NCBI GenBank assembly: GCA_041690355.1
Contig: JAWLHK010000020.1
Coordinates: 62,001-83,050, forward strand
DNA from: a bacterium
GTDB lineage: Bacteria; J088; JAWLBW01
Direction of reading: 5' to 3'
DNA length: 21,050 bases
A program made the position numbers and the translations under genes. Positions 17,818-21,050 of this stretch are shown piece by piece; within the stretch, counting starts at the first letter, position 1, and every line of letters begins with the position of its first letter. Under the pieces are notes generated by a model that did not search any database, was not told the origin of the DNA, and worked only from the letters and a program-made list of their open reading frames with translations.

Positions 17818-17912
17818 GCCGAACGGTTGACAGTGAGCGGCGAGTCCGACTCATCATGAAAGCCTAGCAGAAAGCGAAACAGGCTGCTGCCCGCTCGAGT
17901 ATCGTGTTAGGG
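17818..17912 (-). other. attC site 2 (95 bp)
   Basis: Minus strand CCCTAAC-ACGAT-ACTCGAGC-GG...CC-GCTCACT-GTCAACC-GTTCGGC, clearly homologous to attC 1 and about 50 bp after the ATPase stop. Confidence 0.75.
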
Positions 17913-17961
17913 TCGAGGGGGGGGGCGGCTAGAAGATAGAGTGCTCTCTATTACACAACGC

Positions 17962-20142
17962 TCAGAGTGTAAGTGGAGTGATGCTCAGCGACTCGACTTC
18001 CCGGTAGAGTTCTTTTAAGTGCTCCACAGATAGGTCTAGAATCGGTTCATACATAAAAGAGTTCAGGTGTATATTTGAACTGACCGTTATGCTAACTTTG
18101 TCGAGCGTCGCCATCGGTCTTGTCGGTGGGCCGTAGCTTGCGTACTGATCATTTAGCACCCGAAACTGGTTCTCCTCTTCGCACCAATAATCGTCTTGCC
18201 CCATATAGCCACGTATCTGGTCCACAAGAAAGACCTCGGCCTTCATACGTATAGCAATAGATAGGACAACCTTGTCCTCCAGAATTAGACCCGGTTGAGT
18301 TGTTTTAGTACAAATTTCATCGGCCTCTCTGAACAGAACGTCTCGAAGCGGTTCCGTACGACCAGTATCGTAGCTCGTGCCGAAAAGCCGGTTGTAAACC
18401 TTGATGTAGTCTCCAACGGTAATTGCGGCTGTGTCACGCTTCCAGTGCAACAGGCTGGTGAGCTGGAGATAGTCGCGGTCTGTGCTTCCCTTTGTATACT
18501 CGATCAGATTTCGGGAAAAAGGGATAGTAGCGCATAGAATGCAGTCATCGGTGGTGACATTGTCCTTCCATTTCCCAATGAAGTAGTTCCTTACGCCATC
18601 AGCTTTGGTAAGGATTATTTCGCCTGCGGCCTTGTTTGCCATTAGGCAACGTTCATATGGAACAAAAGTAAGATTCAGTGTCCTGTAGAAGTCAAAGTTA
18701 TGTGTCAATACGATTTGATGGAAGTGCTCGATACGGCTGACATCCCTTAAGTACTGAACGATCGCGTGTTTATTCTTGTAGTCAAAGGAGTCCGCAATAT
18801 CATCAATGATGAAGACAGTCTCCTTTGTCGCGAGCTTCCGAGCCTCCACCTCAAAGATGAAGTTCAACAGGTAGAGCGCACGTTTTTCGCCTTGGCTCAA
18901 AGTCTTCAATTCCGATCGTGACCACTCGACTATGTCAGCGCCATCCTTGAAAGTGAATTTGAGCTTCGCTTTGTCCTTCCCAAGCGCGGCTTCAGCTTGA
19001 TTAGCCACCGAAAGAGTAAATGGCATATCGACGAACCTACTGTTAAACAGCTCGACGGCATTCGTCCACGTGGGAACAGCTTGAGTGGCCTCGATCTCAA
19101 TGCGCTTTATTTCCTCTTTACTTTCAGCCCAAAGAGTGACATAGGGGGAAGCATCTGGGGAGGCTTGAACGTAAAATGCCCAAAGTTCTTGGCGGAACTC
19201 GTCTTGGTTTTCTGGCTTAAGTTTCTCCAATAAGTATTCAACCTGGTGCGACGAAAGCTTTTCAATTAAGTCTGTTAGAGCTAATGTCTGTGCGTTCTTG
19301 GCTAAGTTTTCGCGAAGCTTCTTTAGGCCTTCATCAGCATCAATCCTTGCATTAATTGCGTCCAGTTTCTGGCGCAGCTCTGTTTCATCTACGGGATTTG
19401 CGTCCCCCCTGAGATGAACACGATGGCCCCCAGCAAAGAAGCCCTGTTTACTTAGGGCGCCAATAGACGCTTCCGCCCTTGCCGGGTTGAAGACGCCCCG
19501 TAGGTAGACTGTGCCTGCTTGATTGAAGAGCTCTTGGTAGCGTTGGTTGAATTCATCGGCTTTTTCAGCAAACTCTTTGCTCTTCAGAACTTCGATCGCT
19601 TTGGGATCGAAAATAGTCGCATATTCGAACGCGCTCAGGTCTTCTTCGACAGTGATCCCCTTGATTTTCTCGACACAGGCAGCGAAGTCGCTTTGCCCCC
19701 AGTCGGCCAGCATCTTTCCTTCGATGTCGCCCTTTTTTACTTTTGATGCCTTTTGCAGCGAGGCGATGAGTTTGCTCTTCATCTTCTCGAGATCAACAAG
19801 GAGCTCATCGTATCGAGCCTTTTGGGCTGGGTTAACCAAGATATTGGTTATAGCAGAGCCGTCCGAAGAGATATCAATCTCCGACTTTAGAACGTAGACA
19901 TCCTCTTTGGAAATAGGACTTCCGTCCGCCTGCACAAGACACGTCGAAGGTCTGTTGAAACGTTCCTCTTTCGGTGACTCGCCGCTTGCAAGGGCTTCAA
20001 AAGTCTTGGCGAAAGACGACTTCATTAAACCGTTTGGCGCGTAGACTGCATACGCCTTAGGCTTATTGCCTCTGAAGTCGAACTCGTGTTCCAAGTGGGC
20101 TATACCATAGCAGTTTTTCAATTCTACTTTGAGCTTTTTCAT
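17962..20142 (-). CDS. ABC/SMC-like AAA ATPase (RloC/PrrC-like layout) with coiled-coil insert and uncharacterised C-terminal domain
   Basis: Variant Walker A APNGLMKSS, signature LSQGE, Walker B/D-loop FIIDDIADSFD, H-loop LTHN and C-terminal NIHLNSFMYEPILD. Confidence 0.82.
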   Translation of the reverse strand: MKKLKVELKNCYGIAHLEHEFDFRGNKPKAYAVYAPNGLMKSSFAKTFEALASGESPKEERFNRPSTCLVQADGSPISKEDVYVLKSEIDISSDGSAITNILVNPAQKARYDELLVDLEKMKSKLIASLQKASKVKKGDIEGKMLADWGQSDFAACVEKIKGITVEEDLSAFEYATIFDPKAIEVLKSKEFAEKADEFNQRYQELFNQAGTVYLRGVFNPARAEASIGALSKQGFFAGGHRVHLRGDANPVDETELRQKLDAINARIDADEGLKKLRENLAKNAQTLALTDLIEKLSSHQVEYLLEKLKPENQDEFRQELWAFYVQASPDASPYVTLWAESKEEIKRIEIEATQAVPTWTNAVELFNSRFVDMPFTLSVANQAEAALGKDKAKLKFTFKDGADIVEWSRSELKTLSQGEKRALYLLNFIFEVEARKLATKETVFIIDDIADSFDYKNKHAIVQYLRDVSRIEHFHQIVLTHNFDFYRTLNLTFVPYERCLMANKAAGEIILTKADGVRNYFIGKWKDNVTTDDCILCATIPFSRNLIEYTKGSTDRDYLQLTSLLHWKRDTAAITVGDYIKVYNRLFGTSYDTGRTEPLRDVLFREADEICTKTTQPGLILEDKVVLSIAIRMKAEVFLVDQIRGYMGQDDYWCEEENQFRVLNDQYASYGPPTRPMATLDKVSITVSSNIHLNSFMYEPILDLSVEHLKELYREVESLSITPLTL

Positions 20143-20477
20143 TTCAACCCGATACCATTCAGACAGGCAGCCGCGTACCGTGCCTAGTAAAGTGATTTAT
20201 CTAGCGCTCGATTCGCTTCGGTAGATGAACCCCTAGTGTACCAGATTGCTAAGCAGACATCGCACAGAAGCAAGAAAGTAGAAAGCCTGCCGAGAGTTAC
20301 GGGAAGAAGTCGATATCGCAGTACTGCCACCTTGGAAGTGGGAGAAATTGTAGTTCTCAATTTGTTTCAGGTCGCCGATAGGATGGTCAACTCCGAACAA
20401 GTAGCGCGAGGGACACATTCGAACAGGGGGGGGGCTAAGGGGCAAGGCCCCTCATCGGATGGGCGGAGACGGAGTCG

Positions 20478-20497
20478 GCCTAACTACTGTTTATGCC
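20478..20497 (-). other. attI-like simple site (or decayed attC)
   Basis: Minus strand GGCATAAA-CAGTA-GTTAGGC resembles the attI1 simple site GCCCTAAA-ACAAA-GTTRRRY. It sits at the head of the array, where GC content rises again. Confidence 0.55.
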
Positions 20498-20611
20498 CCC
20501 GATCTGCCGACCGCAAATCCACCAATTCGGGGGCCTAAGATCCCGTCCGGGCGGCTAGGTCGTTGTTTTCAGGGGGGCGCCCCGGGATTCGCCCCCCCGA
20601 ACCACGGATCT

Positions 20612-20640
20612 GTTATATCCCAGAGGTCAGCGGAATTCAA
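20612..20640 (-). promoter_or_regulatory. Candidate Pc-like promoter facing the cassettes
   Basis: TTGAAT, 17 nt, TATAAC on the minus strand about 115 bp upstream of the attI-like site. The last T of the -10 box is not conserved. Confidence 0.35.
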
Positions 20641-20816
20641 ACCGCCCTCGTAGCACGCGGTCGCGGAATGGCGCTGAGGTGGGCAGGCGCCCGCGGCCGC
20701 TCGGGTATCGCCCGGTGGGTGCAGGTTGCGGGCATGCAGGTCACCAGGTCGAGCTCGCCCGTGGGCCACGAATCCCCTTGCAGGCGGCAGAAAGCCGATG
20801 GCCAGGCTCGCCGGTT

Positions 20817-20898
20817 TGTGCAATCAATTGCACACGTGTAACTGCGCGGAACCCTTGAGAAAAAGGGGGTTGAATTGACGCAAGTCGCACTGCGTCAA
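20817..20898. promoter_or_regulatory. Two perfect 8-bp inverted repeats, probable transcription-factor sites
   Basis: TGTGCAAT-N2-ATTGCACA (20817-20834) and TTGACGCA-N8-TGCGTCAA (20875-20898). Confidence 0.45.
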
Positions 20899-21050
20899 GG
20901 CGCCGGAGTTTGGCTGTTCGTTGACGCCGCTGACGAGCCCTTTACAGAGACGGTGCAACGGCGCTGCCGGCCCGACCCATACGTTTCTTTCGTGCTCACC
21001 CGCGGCCACAAGGAACCACTGGACGGCGCCGAGCACGTCCGCGGTATCGC

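Larger units (their letters stand above)
16058..20497 (-). mobile_element. Integron-type cassette array (two cassettes, no intI in the window)
   Basis: Two attC sites and an attI-like core, all co-oriented with two visibly AT-richer single-gene cassettes. Confidence 0.72.

Noticed and set aside
20182-20245. Possible third attC before the ATPase (ACTAGGC, TTTATCTA/TAGATGAA stem)
   Set aside because: Lacks both GTT and AAC cores. The TGGTACACT here is better read as a possible extended -10 box for the ATPase.
20233-20538. Short ORFs between the ATPase and the attI-like site
   Set aside because: No motifs or convincing SD, and they overlap on opposite strands; could be remnants but unsupported.
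20610-20623. LexA-like CTGTTATATCCCAG
   Set aside because: Spacing is CTG-N8-CAG rather than the canonical N10.
20500-21050. Integron integrase start
   Set aside because: No frame shows IntI or tyrosine recombinase motifs.

Overview
GC-rich bacterial DNA; the many predicted lipoproteins and the RCC1/Ig-repeat protein suggest a Myxococcota/Deltaproteobacteria-like host (inference only). The left ~15.8 kb is a patchwork of accessory genes: a Cys-free VKOR-like protein, a beta-lactamase-family serine hydrolase, an ATC-hydrolase-like protein, a 1221-aa Ig-like/RCC1 lipoprotein, further lipoproteins, DUF1697, a GST, a glycolipid-binding-domain protein, a SAM methyltransferase, a Phd/YefM-PIN toxin-antitoxin pair and a CocE/NonD hydrolase. 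The right ~4.5 kb is a minus-strand integron-type cassette array with no integrase in the window. It has two related attC sites (16058-16150, 17818-17912), an attI-like site (20478-20497) and two large AT-richer candidate defence cassettes (an Mrr-like nuclease and an atypical ABC ATPase). The most striking observation is that both attC loops carry TGnTAGGCT, then 6 nt, then a start codon lying exactly 30 nt before the GTT crossover. This matches the leaderless promoter layout in front of five host genes here. A second notable structure is a chimeric spacer at 6187-6345, made of decayed copies of the DUF1697 and serine hydrolase 3' ends, which marks a duplicated slot holding two different lipoprotein cargos.
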